Positions 47,800 to 59,242 of a DNA stretch of 64,000 nt are shown in pieces. This stretch comes from Pristiophorus japonicus (lineage: Eukaryota), in the NCBI RefSeq assembly GCF_044704955.1, contig NC_091995.1:99076001-99140000 (forward strand), in the 5' to 3' direction. The position numbers and the translations under genes are program-made. A model generated the notes under the pieces. The model was not told where the DNA came from and searched no databases. It saw nothing but the letters and a program-made list of their open reading frames with translations. The stretch's first letter is position 1; each line of letters opens with the position of its first letter.

Positions 47800-48025
47800 T
47801 CCCAGTCACACACCATCCCGACTGGGAAATATATCGGCCGTTCCTTCACCGTCGCTGGGTCACAATCCTGGAACTCCCTCCCTAACAGCACTGTGGGAGC
47901 ACCTTCACCACACGGACTGCAGCGGTTCAAGAAGGCGGCTCACCACCACCTTCTCGAGGGGCAATTAGGGATGGGTAATAAATGCCGGCCTGGCCAGCGA
48001 CGCCCACATCCCAGGAACAAATAAA
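47800..48025 (+). mobile_element. LINE/SINE 3' end
   Basis: WNSLPNSTVG..GLQRFKKAAHHHLL followed by gggcaattagggatggg.aataaatgc. Confidence 0.65.
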
Positions 48026-48334
48026 TTTAAAAAACACTGGCATTGTAATTAGCCTCAGGATTCCGGGGCCAAGGAAGAGGAAATGCCCATCACTGTTGAA
48101 TAGCTGGCACCTAGTACCTGGACTGACCAGTAAAGACGAGGCAATGGGTGAAGTACTGGAGCGACCGCCAGCAGTCTTGGTACCTGTACCCCACCAACAG
48201 GACAGAGATAGGGCGAGGATTAGAGCGGAGGAAAGCTAACAGTGGAACATCGACTAACACCAGTTGTGTGGACGATCGGAGGGACTCCAGGAACAGTTAC
48301 TGCTCCAATCCCATCAAAACTCTCGCTCAATAAC

Positions 48335-48720
48335 AACATTAGGAGCAGGAGTCGGCCATTCGGCCCCTCGAGCCTGCTCCGCCATTCAATAAGATCTTGG
48401 CTGATCATCGGCCTCAACTCCACTTTCCTGCACTGTCCCCACATCCCTTGATTCCTTTAATATCCAAAAATCTATCGATCTCAGCCTTGAATATACTCAA
48501 CGACTGAGCCTCCACAGCCCTCTGGGGCAGAGAATCCCAAAGATTCACCTCCCTCTGAGTGAAGAAGTTTCTCCTCATCTCAGTCCTAAATGGCCGACCC
48601 CTTATCCTGAGACAGTGACCCCTGGTTCTAGACTCCCCAGCCCGGGGGAAACACCCTCCCTGCATCTACCCTGTCAAGCCCCCTGAAAGAATGTTGTATG
48701 TTTCAATGAGATCACCTCTC
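48335..48720 (-). mobile_element. CR1 LINE 3' fragment
   Basis: SRTRGH.LRIRGRPFRTEMRRNFFTQR..NLWDSLP. Confidence 0.9.
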
Positions 48721-48724
48721 CAGT

Positions 48725-49268
48725 TGTGCTAACTGTGGCTCAGTGGGGAGCACCCTTGCCTCTGAGTTGGAAGGGTGTGGGTTAAAGTCCCACTCCAGGG
48801 ACTTTATAACACAAAATCTAAGCTGACACTCCAGTATAGTGCCGAGTGAGTGCTGCACTGTCGGAGGTGCTGTCTTTCAGATGAGATGTTAAACTGAGGC
48901 CCTGTTTGCTCTCTCAAGTGAATGTTAAAAATCCTGTGGCATTATTTCGAAGAAGAGCAGGCGAGTTCTTCCTGGGGCCAATATTTATCCCTCAATCAAC
49001 ATCACTAAAACAGATTATCTGGGTCATTATCACAATGCTGTGTGTGAGAGCTTGCTGTGCACAAATTGGCTGCTGTGTTTCCCACATTACAACAGTGACT
49101 ACACTCCAAAAGTACTTCATTGGCTGTAAAGTTGGTGTCAAATGTATTTGTTTTGTCCTGTGAAGCGCATTGAGACGTTTTACTACTTTAACTGCGCTAT
49201 ACAAATAAAGTCGTTGCTGTTGTATGGGATGTCCTGGGGTTGCGAAAGGCGCTATATAAATGCAAGTC
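48725..49268 (+). mobile_element. Full-length Deu-domain SINE with a single, unexpanded unit
   Basis: A-box tggctcagtgg, B-box-like ggttaaagtcc, one copy of gagtgctgcactgtcggagg, Deu core and tail. Confidence 0.85.
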
Positions 49269-49409
49269 TCACTTTTGACAGGAATGGAAAGCCGCTGTAG
49301 AAGGAGTGCAGTGTGACTGTGCAGGAAGCAGGGCAGACTGAGGCCTGTCTGCAGGAATGTGCTTCATGCAGCATGTGTAAACTGGTAAACACTCTCACAC
49401 TCACACTCA

Positions 49410-52324
49410 CAGACGAATTAACTGTGCAAATAGATGTTAACAAATATGATGTGATTGGGATTACAGAGACGTGGCTCCAGGATGATCAGGGCTGGGAACT
49501 CAACATCCAGGGGTATTCAACATTCAGGAAGGATAGAATAAAAGGAAAAAGAGATGGGGTAGCATTGCTGGTTAAAGAGGAGATTAATGCAATAGTTAGG
49601 AAGGACATTAGCTTGGATGATGTAGAATCTATATGGGTAGAGCTGCAGAACACCAAAGGGCAAAAAACGTTAGTGGGAGTTGTGTACAGACCTCCAAACA
49701 GTAATAGTGATGTTGGGGAGGGCATCAAACAGGAAATTAGGGATGCATGCAATAAAGGTGCAGCAGTTATAATGGGTGACTTTAATAAGCACATAGATTG
49801 GGCTAACCAAACTGGAAGCAATACGGTGGAGGAGGATTTCCAGGAGTGCATAAGGGATGATTTTCTAGACCAATATGTCGAGGAACCAACTAGGGGGGAG
49901 GCCATCTTAGACTGGGTGTTGGGTAATGAGAGAGGATTAATTAGCAATCTTGTTGTGCGAGGCCCCTTGGGGAAGAGTGACCATAATATGGTGGAATTCT
50001 GCATTAGGATGGAGAATGAAACAGTTAATTCAGAGACCATGGTCCAGAACTTAAAGAAGGGTAACTTTGAAGGTATGAGGCGTGAATTGGCTAGGATAGA
50101 TTAGCGAATGATACTTAAGGGGTTGACTGTGGATGGGCAATGGCAGACATTTAGAGACCGCATGGATGAACTACAACAATTGTACATTCCTGTCTGGCAT
50201 AAAAATAAAAAAGGGAAGGTGGCTCAACCGTGGCTATCAAGGGAAATCAGGGATAGTATTAAAGCCAAGGAAGTGGCATACAAATTGGCCAGAAATAGCA
50301 GCGAACCTGGGGACTGGGAGAAATTTAGAACTCAGCAGAGGAGGACAAAGAGTTTGATTAGGGCAGGGAAAATGGAGTACGAGAAGAAGCTTGCAGGGAA
50401 CATTAAGACGGATTGCAAAAGTTTCTATAGATATGTAAAGAGAAAAAGGTTAGTAAAGACAAACGTAGGTCCCCTGCAGTCAGAATCAGGGGAAGTCATA
50501 ACGGGGAACAAAGAAATGGCGGACCAATTGAACACGTACTTTGGTTCGGTATTCACTAAGGAGGACACAAACAACCTTCCGGATATAAAAGGGGTCAGAG
50601 GGTCTAGTAAGGAGGAGGAACTGAGGGAAATCCTTATTAGTCGGGAAATTGTGTTGGGGAAATTGATGGGATTGAAGGCCGATAAATCCCCAGGGCCTGA
50701 TGGACTGCATCCTAGAGTACTTAAGGAGGTGGCCTTGGAAATAGCGGATGCATTGACAGTCATTTTCCAACATTCCATTGACTCTGGATCAGTTCCTATC
50801 GAGTGGAGGGTAGCCAATGTAACCCCACTTTTTAAAAAAGGAGGGAGAGAGAAAACAGGGAATTATAGACCGGTCAGCCTGACCTCAGTAGTGGGTAAAA
50901 TGATGGAATCAATTATTAAGGATGTCATAGCAGTGCATTTGGAAAGAGGTGACATGATAGGTCCAAGTCAGCATGGATTTGTGAAAGGGAAATCATGCTT
51001 GACAAATCTTCTGTAATTTTTTGAGGATGTTTCCAGTAGAGTGGACAAGGGAGAACCAGTTGATGTGGTATATTTGGACTTTCAGAAGGCTTTCGACAAG
51101 GTCCCACAAAAGAGATTAATGTGCAAAGTTAAAGCACATGGGATTGGGGGTAGTGTGCTGACGTGGATTGAGAACTGGTTGTCAGACAGGAAGCAAAGAG
51201 TAGGAGTAAATGGGTACTTTTCAGAATGGCAGGCAGTGACTAGTGGGGTACCGCAAGGTTCTGTGCTGGGGCCCCAGCTGTTTACATTGTACATTAATAA
51301 TTTAGACGAGGGGATTAAATGTAGTATCTCCAAATTTGCGGATGACACTAACACTTTGGGGTGACAAGAGAAGGTTTGATGCCTCTTATGATAAATGTGT
51401 GAAGGGTTGTGGGGAACGGAGGTGTATGGCACAATGCATTGTAAGGATGCTATGAGGCTGCAGAGTGACTTGGATAGGTTAGGTGAGTGGGCAAATACAT
51501 GGCAGATGAAGTATAATGTGGATAAATGTGAGGTTATCCACTTTGGTGGTAAAAACAGAGAGACAGACTATTATCTGAATGGTGACAGATTAGGAAAAGG
51601 GGAGGTGCAACGAGATCTGGGTGTCATGGTACATCAGTCATTGAAGGTTGGCATGCAGGTACAGCAGGCGGTTAAGAAAGCAAATGGCATGTTGGCCTTC
51701 ATAGCGAGGGGATTTGAGTACAGGGGCAGGGAGGTGTTGCTACAGTTGTACAGGGCCTTGGTGAGGCCACACCTGGAGTATTGTGTACAGTTTTGGTCTC
51801 CTAACTTGAGGAAGGACTTTCTTGCTATTGAGGGAGTGCAGCGAAGGTTCACCAGACTGATTCCCGGGATGGCGGGACTGACCTATCAAGAAAGACTGAA
51901 TCAACTGGGCTTGTATTCACTGGAGTTCAGAAGAATGAGAGGGGACCTCATAGAAACGTTTAAAATTCTGATGGGTTCAGACAGGTTAGATGCAGGAAGA
52001 ATGTTCCCAATGTTGGGGAAGTCCAGAACCAGAGGTCACAGTCGAAGGATAAGGGGTAAGCCATTTAGGACTGAGATGAGGAGAAACTTCTTCACCCAGA
52101 GAGTGGTGAACCTGTGGAATTCTCTATCACAGAAAGTTGTTGAGGCCAATTCACTAAATATATTCAAAAAGGAGTTAGATGTAGTCCTTACTACTAGGGG
52201 GATCAAGGGGTATGGCGAGAAAACAGGAATGGGGTACTGAAGTTGCATGTTCAGCCATGAACTCATTGAATGGCGGTGCAGGCTAGAAGGACCGAATGGC
52301 CTACTCCTGCATCTATTTTCTATG
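49410..52324 (+). mobile_element. CR1 LINE ORF2 (APE and RT), 5'-truncated, with a few stops
   Basis: ITETWL, VYRPP, MGDFN, SDH, KSPGPDG, YRPVSLTS, FADD and 3' UTR; a short unrelated insert at about 51350-51435. Confidence 0.95.
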
Positions 52325-52728
52325 NNNNNNNNNNNNNNNNNNNNNNNNNNNNNNNNNNNNNNNNNNNNNNNNNNNNNNNNNNNNNNNNNNNNNNNNNNNN
52401 NNNNNNNNNNNNNNNNNNNNNNNNNNNNNNNNNNNNNNNNNNNNNNNNNNNNNNNNNNNNNNNNNNNNNNNNNNNNNNNNNNNNNNNNNNNNNNNNNNNN
52501 NNNNNNNNNNNNNNNNNNNNNNNNNNNNNNNNNNNNNNNNNNNNNNNNCACACACATACTCAAAATACTCACAACACACACACACACTCAAAACACTCAC
52601 AATACACTCACACTCACACACACACACACATTCACACTCACAACACAACACACACTCACAACGTACTCACAACACTATCAACACACACTCACACTCACAA
52701 CACACCACACACTCACAACAGAACACAC
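52325..52728. repeat. N-run (52325-52548) followed by a degenerate (CA)n tract
   Basis: Seen directly. Confidence 0.9.
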
Positions 52729-52777
52729 CTTCCCTCCCGGGAACCGTGATCCTGCCAGCGGCAGGCTGGGAGAGAAG

Positions 52778-52820
52778 TGACGTGGGGCGGCACACCTGGC
52801 CACACCTGGCTCCATATAAA
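52778..52820 (+). promoter_or_regulatory. GPRC5 core promoter: CRE/ATF-like TGACGT, GC box GGGGCGG, two CACCTG E-boxes, TATAAA
   Basis: Motifs at 52778, 52784, 52793/52803 and 52815, followed by a short exon and a consensus donor. Confidence 0.72.
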
Positions 52821-52844
52821 GGCAGCGAGCGGGGCCCAGAGAGA

Positions 52845-52893
52845 GGGTTACAGAGGATCACATCGACTCAGAGAGCCACCGCAACATTGCCAG
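52845..52893 (+). other. GPRC5 non-coding exon 1
   Basis: Donor CAG|GTAAGT at 52893/52894, about 75 bp after the TATA box; GPRC5 genes have a short 5' exon ahead of the large coding exon. Confidence 0.68.
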
Positions 52894-53529
52894 GTAAGTT
52901 CCAGTCCAGTTAATAACAGGGGTTTAAACATAAACTAACCTGGCCACAGGCGCGGGGTTCTTTACCAGATGTTTAAAACTGTTTTGTTTCATGTTTCTAC
53001 TTTTTTTTAAAAATTAACCCGGGATGCCAGGCTGGATTATTGCGTGTTATTTTAACCCGTGCAATGAGGGAGTGGGAGGTTTATAACCTGTTCTCTGGGG
53101 CTGGGGCCAGGGTTGCAGAATATATCGCCAGTGTGAACTTGCTCCAGCCCCGGAGGACACAGGACTGACTGTTCAATCTCTGACTCTTGCTGCAAGTGCG
53201 TGTTCTTTCCCTGTTTGACTTTAGACGGAATAAAGCGAGTTTGGGGTGTTGTTTGGAGATATTTTAGTCAGTGCTCCGGGACTGTGCCCCCGGCTGGTGC
53301 CAGCGATGGTTGGCAGGATGAGATTGGGCAGGTTCTGAATGTTTGTCCGGGAGATCCGGGAGATCCCTGCCTACTCTCCCCCCCACCCCCCACTCCTTCC
53401 CTGGATCCCAGCTCCTTCACTCCCCGCTCCAGCCCAATATTGCAGCCACGTGCACTTCAGCATGATCCTGGCAAACGCAGATTTCAGTTTCTGCCCATGT
53501 GCAAGTTGTCCCCAAGTCCCCCAGCCAAG

Positions 53530-54280
53530 ATTGATGTCTTCACCCAGGCTAACGTCCCCAGCATCGAAGCACTGACCACACTCGATCAGCTCCACTGGGC
53601 AGGCCACATCGTCAGCATGGCAGACACGAGACTCCCAAAGCAAGCGCTCTATGCGGAGCTCCTTCACAGCAAACGAGCCAAAGGTGGGCAGCGGAAACAT
53701 TACAAGGACACCCTCAAAGCCTCCCTGGTAAAGTGCGACATCCCCACTGACACCTGGGAGTCCCTGGCCGCAGACCGCCCGAGGTGGAGAAAGTGCATCC
53801 GGGGGGGGCATTGAGTTCTTCGAATCTCAACGCAAAGAACGTGACGAGGTCAGGCACAGGCAGCGGAAGGAGCGTGCGGCAAACCAGCCCCACCCACCCC
53901 TTCCCTCGACGAATGTCTGTCCCACCACTTTAACCCAGAGAGTGGTGAACCTGTGGAATTCTCTACCACAGAAAGTTGTTGAGGCCAATTCACTAAATAT
54001 ATTCAAAAAGGAGTTAGATGTAGTCCTTACTACTAGGGGGATCAAGGGGTATGATGAGAAAGCAGGAATGGGGTACTGAAGTTGCATGTTCAGCCATGAA
54101 CTCATTGAATGGTGGTGCAGGCTCGAAGGGCCGAATGGCCTACTCCTGCACCTATTTTCTATGTTTCTATGTAACAGGATCTGTGGCTCCTGTATCGGAC
54201 TGTTCAGCCACCAGAGAACTCGCTTTGGGAGTGGAAGCAAGTCCTCCTCGATTCCGAGGGACTGCGTATGATGATGATGA
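53530..54280 (+). mobile_element. RTE LINE 3' end interrupted by a CR1 3' end (about 53931-54172)
   Basis: LHWAGHIVSM.DTRLPKQALY.EL...GGQRKHYKDTLK; the zinc-knuckle region CPT|C.R is split by the CR1; (tga)n tail. Confidence 0.88.
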
Positions 54281-54507
54281 CTGGTTGTCATGTAAGCAGC
54301 CCGTTTGCTCACTTGCATTCCTGGAATTTTATTGTAGTTTCTTGCAGATTTGGACCTGGTTTGGTCACTGGGCCACAGTGTTGGTGATCAGAGCATCTCA
54401 CTCCTTTCGCTTTCATATCCAAGTAATACAATGACTACTATCTGACACTTTCCCCTCACTTGGGGCAATGTATCACTTGCCCCGAACATTTCATGCAGAG
54501 TTCTCTG

Positions 54508-54607
54508 GATTGTCCACCTTAACATCAGCGGAAATGCTGGAGAAACAGTGTAACTGGCTGTGTATCTCCTTTCTCCAGCATTTCCATCCATGTTACGGTG
54601 GACAATC
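54508..54607. repeat. 100-nt inverted repeat (fold-back) in GPRC5 intron 1
   Basis: Arms GATTGTCCACC/GGTGGACAATC and GGAAATGCTGGAGAAA/TTTCTCCAGCATTTCC. Confidence 0.8.
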
Positions 54608-55014
54608 AGGCGAATTGCCACGGAGATTCCATCCCTCGGTGTGACCTCAGTCCATCTAGAGCAGGGAGGTGCCAGGATTGAGCCTTGCTCTGTGTGGAAT
54701 TAGCTGTTAAGTGGGTGGCCCCTACACCTGGACTCCGTGTCCCTGTCTAGGAAGGAGAATAAGTCACCAGGGTTCCTGCTCCTCATCGCTACCCAGTGCA
54801 ATCTTTCTCTCTCTCACAATGGGACTTTCCCACCCAACATTCACTGTCTAGGCTGTGACATGGAGAAAGGAGACAGGCAAGGTATGAGTTGCTGCTGATG
54901 CTCGTGGGAATGCATCTCGGTGAGAGTCAGGGCCTTTGAGTAAAGAAAGGACCAATGAGGGGGAAATGCCTTGGATCCTGCCTCCAGCGGAAAGGGGTTC
55001 TATATCTATATCTA

Positions 55015-55200
55015 CTGGAGGCTCAGTCGTTGAGTATATTCAAGACAGAGATCGCTAGATTTTTGGATATTAAGGGAATCAAGGGATATGGGGACAGTGC
55101 AGGAAAGTGGAGTTGAGGTCGAAGATCAGCCATGATCTTATTGAATGGCTGAGCAGATTCGAGGGGCCGAATGGCCTAGTCCTAATTCTTATATTATGTT
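55015..55200 (+). mobile_element. CR1 3' end
   Basis: gatattaagggaatcaagggatatggggacagtgcaggaaagtggagttga and 3' UTR. Confidence 0.85.
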
Positions 55201-55643
55201 CCAATGTACACAATTGGAAAAACAAATCACGGCTCCAATATATATAATATGTCCGACAGCTCACAGGCTGAAGTATCCAGAATCCAGATTGCATGAGATT
55301 ATGATGCCCTGGATAAACCAGACTACACCCATATCCACACCCAGCTCGAGACTCCCCTGATCACTGCCCTAGGTTAAGGTCAAGGTGATTCATTATTTAC
55401 TTTAAATATGCTTGAAAAGGCATCAAACGATTGCAGAAAAACGCTCATCACCATCTTCTCATGGGATGGGCAATAAATGCTGGCCTTTCCTGCAACGCCC
55501 ACATTCTGAGAATGAATATTAAAATCATGGATCCGGGATAATTTGTTTTTCGATCTGTATCTACGAAATATGCCCAAGCAGAGAAACTGTGTTTTAAGCT
55601 TTTGATTTTAACTAGTAATAATAATCTCGTCTCTTCCTTCAGG

Positions 55644-56619
55644 ATGAATTGGCGGATGATCCCGACACTGCCCCTTTTGCTTCTGTTGTCTGCACTGGAC
55701 CGCGGATGTGCTCAGGTCACTCCTCCCAGAGGCTGTGGCTCCAATCTGCTTGCAGTTTACTACAATCTCTGCGATCTAGACAATGTCTGGGGTATTGTTT
55801 TGGAGGCCGTTGCTGCAGTAGGAATCATCAGCACCTTGATATTGATTGTGGTTCTCTTGGGCATCACCCCTTTCATTACAGACAGACGGAAGAAAGCCTG
55901 TGTGCCCGTCCAGTGCATCTTTCTCCTCGGCACCTTGGGCATCTTTGGCCTGACTTTTGCTTTCATCATCAAACTAGATCAGAAGACATGTTACACCAGG
56001 GTCTTCCTCTGGGGCGTTCTCTTCGCCATCTGTTTCTCCTGCCTACTGGCCCACGTGTGGAGGCTGCTGAGGCTCGTGCGTTCAGGAAAAGGTCCTCAGG
56101 TGTGCCACATGCTTCTCCTGGTCCTTAGTCTGGCACTGGTCCAAGTCATCATTGCCATTGAGTATTTGGTGCTTACCAGTGTCCGATTCGGTAACCTCTG
56201 TGTCTACAATCCCAGGGATTTCACCATGCTGTTGATCTACGTTCTGTTCCTCATGGCCCTGACTTTTATCCTCTCCATGTTCACTTTCTGTGGCCAATAT
56301 AGAAAGTGGAAGAAACACGGTGCCCACATATTCATCACCATGTTATTCTCCATAGCTATTTGGGTGGTGTGGATCGTTATGCTCGTCCGGGGTAATGTCG
56401 AGTTGAACAAGAGTCCCCAGTGGGACGATCCCACCCTCAGCATTGCACTGGTCAGCAATGGCTGGGTCTTTATCATATTCTACATAATCCCAGAGTTCCG
56501 GCATATCACCTGCCCTGCAAAGCCCGAAGATGAACCAGCAGAGAATGCGACTCCATATCATCAACATCTGGGAGCGAAGGGTGTGGACAACCAGGTCTTC
56601 TTCTTGGAGGAGTCAAGAG
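55644..56619 (+). CDS. GPRC5A: G protein-coupled receptor family C group 5 (GPRC5A/D, RAIG1-like): main coding exon with signal peptide and 7TM
   Basis: Acceptor ctcttccttcag|G then ATG at 55644. Motifs GC..YYNLCD..WGIVLE, FLLGTLGIFGLTFAFII, CFSCLLAH, IAIEYLVLT, YVLFLMALTF..S.FTFCG, WKKHGAHI..TML.SIAIWV.W, WDD..L..ALVSNGWVF..Y..PE. Phase-1 donor G|gtgagt. Family is secure; paralog assignment is tentative. Confidence 0.88.
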
Positions 56620-57264
56620 GTGAGTGATGGATGAGCAGGTACATGTGTACAGCCTTGAGAGGAGATCCACATTGAAAAAGTTACATTTGGCCTATGGGTA
56701 TGTGGTTTTACACTGCTCCAGGGTTGGGGCTAGGAGGGGCACAAAGGCTCCTGTGACTCTAACCTGGTGAGTGTTTCTAGTTTGCTGAATACGTCCCTTT
56801 TCTGGAACATCCTCCCTCCCATTAGCAATGCAGAATATTCTGATTTGGAATTAAGTTGATGTTAGGACCATGGAATATTTAACATTCAATGGGGTTCTGA
56901 ATATACTAAATACTATAACATGGTTATATACTTAAATGGGGCAAGAGCTGGGGGGGGAGTGTGACTAATTGGATCTCTCTTTCAAAGAGCCGGCACAGGC
57001 ACAATGGGCCGAGTGGCCTCCTTCTGTGCCGTTGATTCTGATAGACCTGGAGCTGTGGCCATTAAGGATGAAGTTGGGTTGGAGTTGAATAAACAGAATC
57101 TAAAGCACCAGAAGCTGGCTGGATCAGAGATAGAATCCTGAAAACCACTTCTCTAACAACACATACAGACCCCATAAGTTTAGATTGTTTTACATAGGAT
57201 ATATAGCACAGGAGCAGGCCGTTCAGCCCAACCAGTCCATGCTGGATGTGTTCAGCATTGACAC

Positions 57265-57425
57265 TGGTCTTGGATAATGGGGCAAAATGGGCAGCCGTGA
57301 TATACCCCTCCCCAATTCTCCTTTCTGCTGACTTCAATGGAATTGAGAATCGGGCGGGGTGAAAACTAGGCTGTGATTCGCTATGACCACATTTGCCCCG
57401 TCACCCAAGAGCAATTTCACCCCCT
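57265..57425. mobile_element. Palindromic MITE-like element
   Basis: Outer arms tcttggataatggggcaaaatg / catttgccccgtcacccaaga; inner arms acccctcccaattctc / gagaatcgggcggggt. Confidence 0.55.
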
Positions 57426-57517
57426 CGGAGAGTTAATCGAGTGTTGAGGCCCAACGGACTTCCATATGAAGTGGAGCGAGGCTGTGCCCTCCAGCGAGTC
57501 GCTCCTCTTCACTCTAA

Positions 57518-57806
57518 TCATCATCATCGTAGTTAGTCCCTCGGATTTGAGGAAGACTTGCTTCCACTCTCAAAGTGAGTTCTCAGGTGACTGAACAGTT
57601 CAATACGGGAATTACAGTCTCTGTCACAGGTGGGACAGACAGTGGTTGAAGGAAAGGGGAGGGTGGGACTGGTTTGCCGCACGCTCCTTCTGCTGCCTGC
57701 GCTTGGTTTCTGCATGCTCTCGGCGATGGGACTCGAGGTGTTCAGCGCCCTCCCGGATGCTCTTCCTCCACTTAGGGCGGTCTTTGGCCAGGGACTCCCA
57801 GGTGTC
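57518..57806 (-). mobile_element. RTE LINE 3' end
   Basis: TDTWESLAKDRPKWRKSI...TTVCPTCDRDCNSRI.LFSHLRTH; (tga)n tail. Confidence 0.88.
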
Positions 57807-58620
57807 GGTGGTCGCTCCAATACCAGGCTGGTCTCTGGCTCTGGCTCCAGGCTGCCCGTGTACTGCAACAGCAGCTTTAGCGCAAAGCAAACTCACTCCA
57901 CGCTGCAATGACAGTGCACACAAAGTGGTTTAAGAAATAGACCGGGACATTTTAGTGAGAGATGATGAATAACTGTTTTCATCAGATTATAATCTTCCAT
58001 TCAACCCTGGGACATGCACTGCAACCATCAGCGGGCAGGGGAACTTTATTCACGGGATGACATGGAGTGGGGGTTATTGCTCCGTAACTTGGCTTGATGT
58101 GTTGGTCTGTGCCTGCATGTTTCCCCTCCTACCCCCACCCCCCAATCACAGTGTCCCCCCAACAATCACAGTGTCCCCCCCCAATCACAGAGCTTCCCCC
58201 GCCCCCCCCCCCCGTCACAGTGCGCTCCAGACTCCCCCATCAGAAGATGCCACAGTAAACTTTCGATGATCTGAGAGGGAGGTGTTTAACTCTGGGTTTC
58301 CGCTCAGTGCTGCCTCGGCTCCCACACAAGGCCGTCACTGGCACAACTGGTTTACAAAGATCCCAACCTTTCAAAGCTCCAGTGTGAGGTTTTATTTTCA
58401 GTGGTTGAAGTGTGAGTCGATGCTCCTGTTTCTGAGACCCACAGTGGCTTCCCGTGTGCTCGGGAACTGCGGCCACACAGAGAGAAACACACGGTAAAGT
58501 ATTACTGGGATTCAGTCGCACTCTGGGTGTGTGTTGGTGTGCAACAATGTGCGACCTTTATTCGCATTACCCTTTTCTCCACTTCTCGCCTTCCCTCCTT
58601 AATGTGCCGTGTGATCTTTT

Positions 58621-58895
58621 ACATAGAAACATAGAAAATAGGTGTAGGAGTAGGACATTCGAGCCTGCACCACCATTCAATATGATCATGGCTGATCATT
58701 CCCTCAGTACCCCATTCCTGCTTTCTCTCCATACCCCTTGATCCCTTTAGCTGTAACGGCCATATCTAACTCTCTCTTAAATATATCCAATGAACTGGCA
58801 TCAACAACTCTGTGGTAGGGAATTCCACAGATTAACAACTCTCTGAGTGAAGAAGTTTCTCCTCATCTCAGTCCTAAATGGCTTACCCCTTATCT
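58621..58895 (-). mobile_element. CR1 3' end
   Basis: catagaaa repeat tail and CR1 3' UTR. Confidence 0.88.
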
Positions 58896-59174
58896 ATGTT
58901 AAAGATAAGGTACAAATGTAAATTGTTGTCATGAGAAGCTGTAGTTGGTATGTTTGGGCTTTCTCGATGCTCTGTGCCAGTCTGCCCATGGTGCCCTTGG
59001 GATTTCTGCAAGGGTGAAGGCAGTCACGTGGTTATACACAAACTCCGGATGTATCTGTGTGAAGGGATTGAGAAGGTGGGCAGGCTGATCTACCGAAACG
59101 TCATGGCTGGGTCGGGTTGTGAACTCCTCAGTCGGTCAGATTTTTCTCACACCTGATTTCCTTTACCTACACAG

Positions 59175-59242
59175 ACCATGTGAACCTCGACAATAATGTG
59201 CCCTCACCCAGGAACAGTAACCACTTCCCAATGGACAACCAT
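59175..59242 (+). CDS. GPRC5A: GPRC5 coding exon 2: (D)HVNLDNNVPSPRNSNHFPMDNH
   Basis: Acceptor tttcctttacctacacag| and donor |gtaagt; 68 nt, open in the phase-1 frame and ending in phase 0. Resembles the short GPRC5A tail exon (..PYSTHFQLQ). Terminal exon not identified. Confidence 0.75.

Noticed and set aside
48100-48333. Coding-looking stretch (WVKYWSDRQQSWYLYP)
   Set aside because: No recognisable family and no convincing splice sites.
48735-48800. tRNA gene
   Set aside because: The A/B boxes belong to the SINE head; no complete cloverleaf.
55602-55643. N-terminal extension of the GPRC5 ORF in the track
   Set aside because: Intronic polypyrimidine tract and acceptor; the ATG is at 55644.
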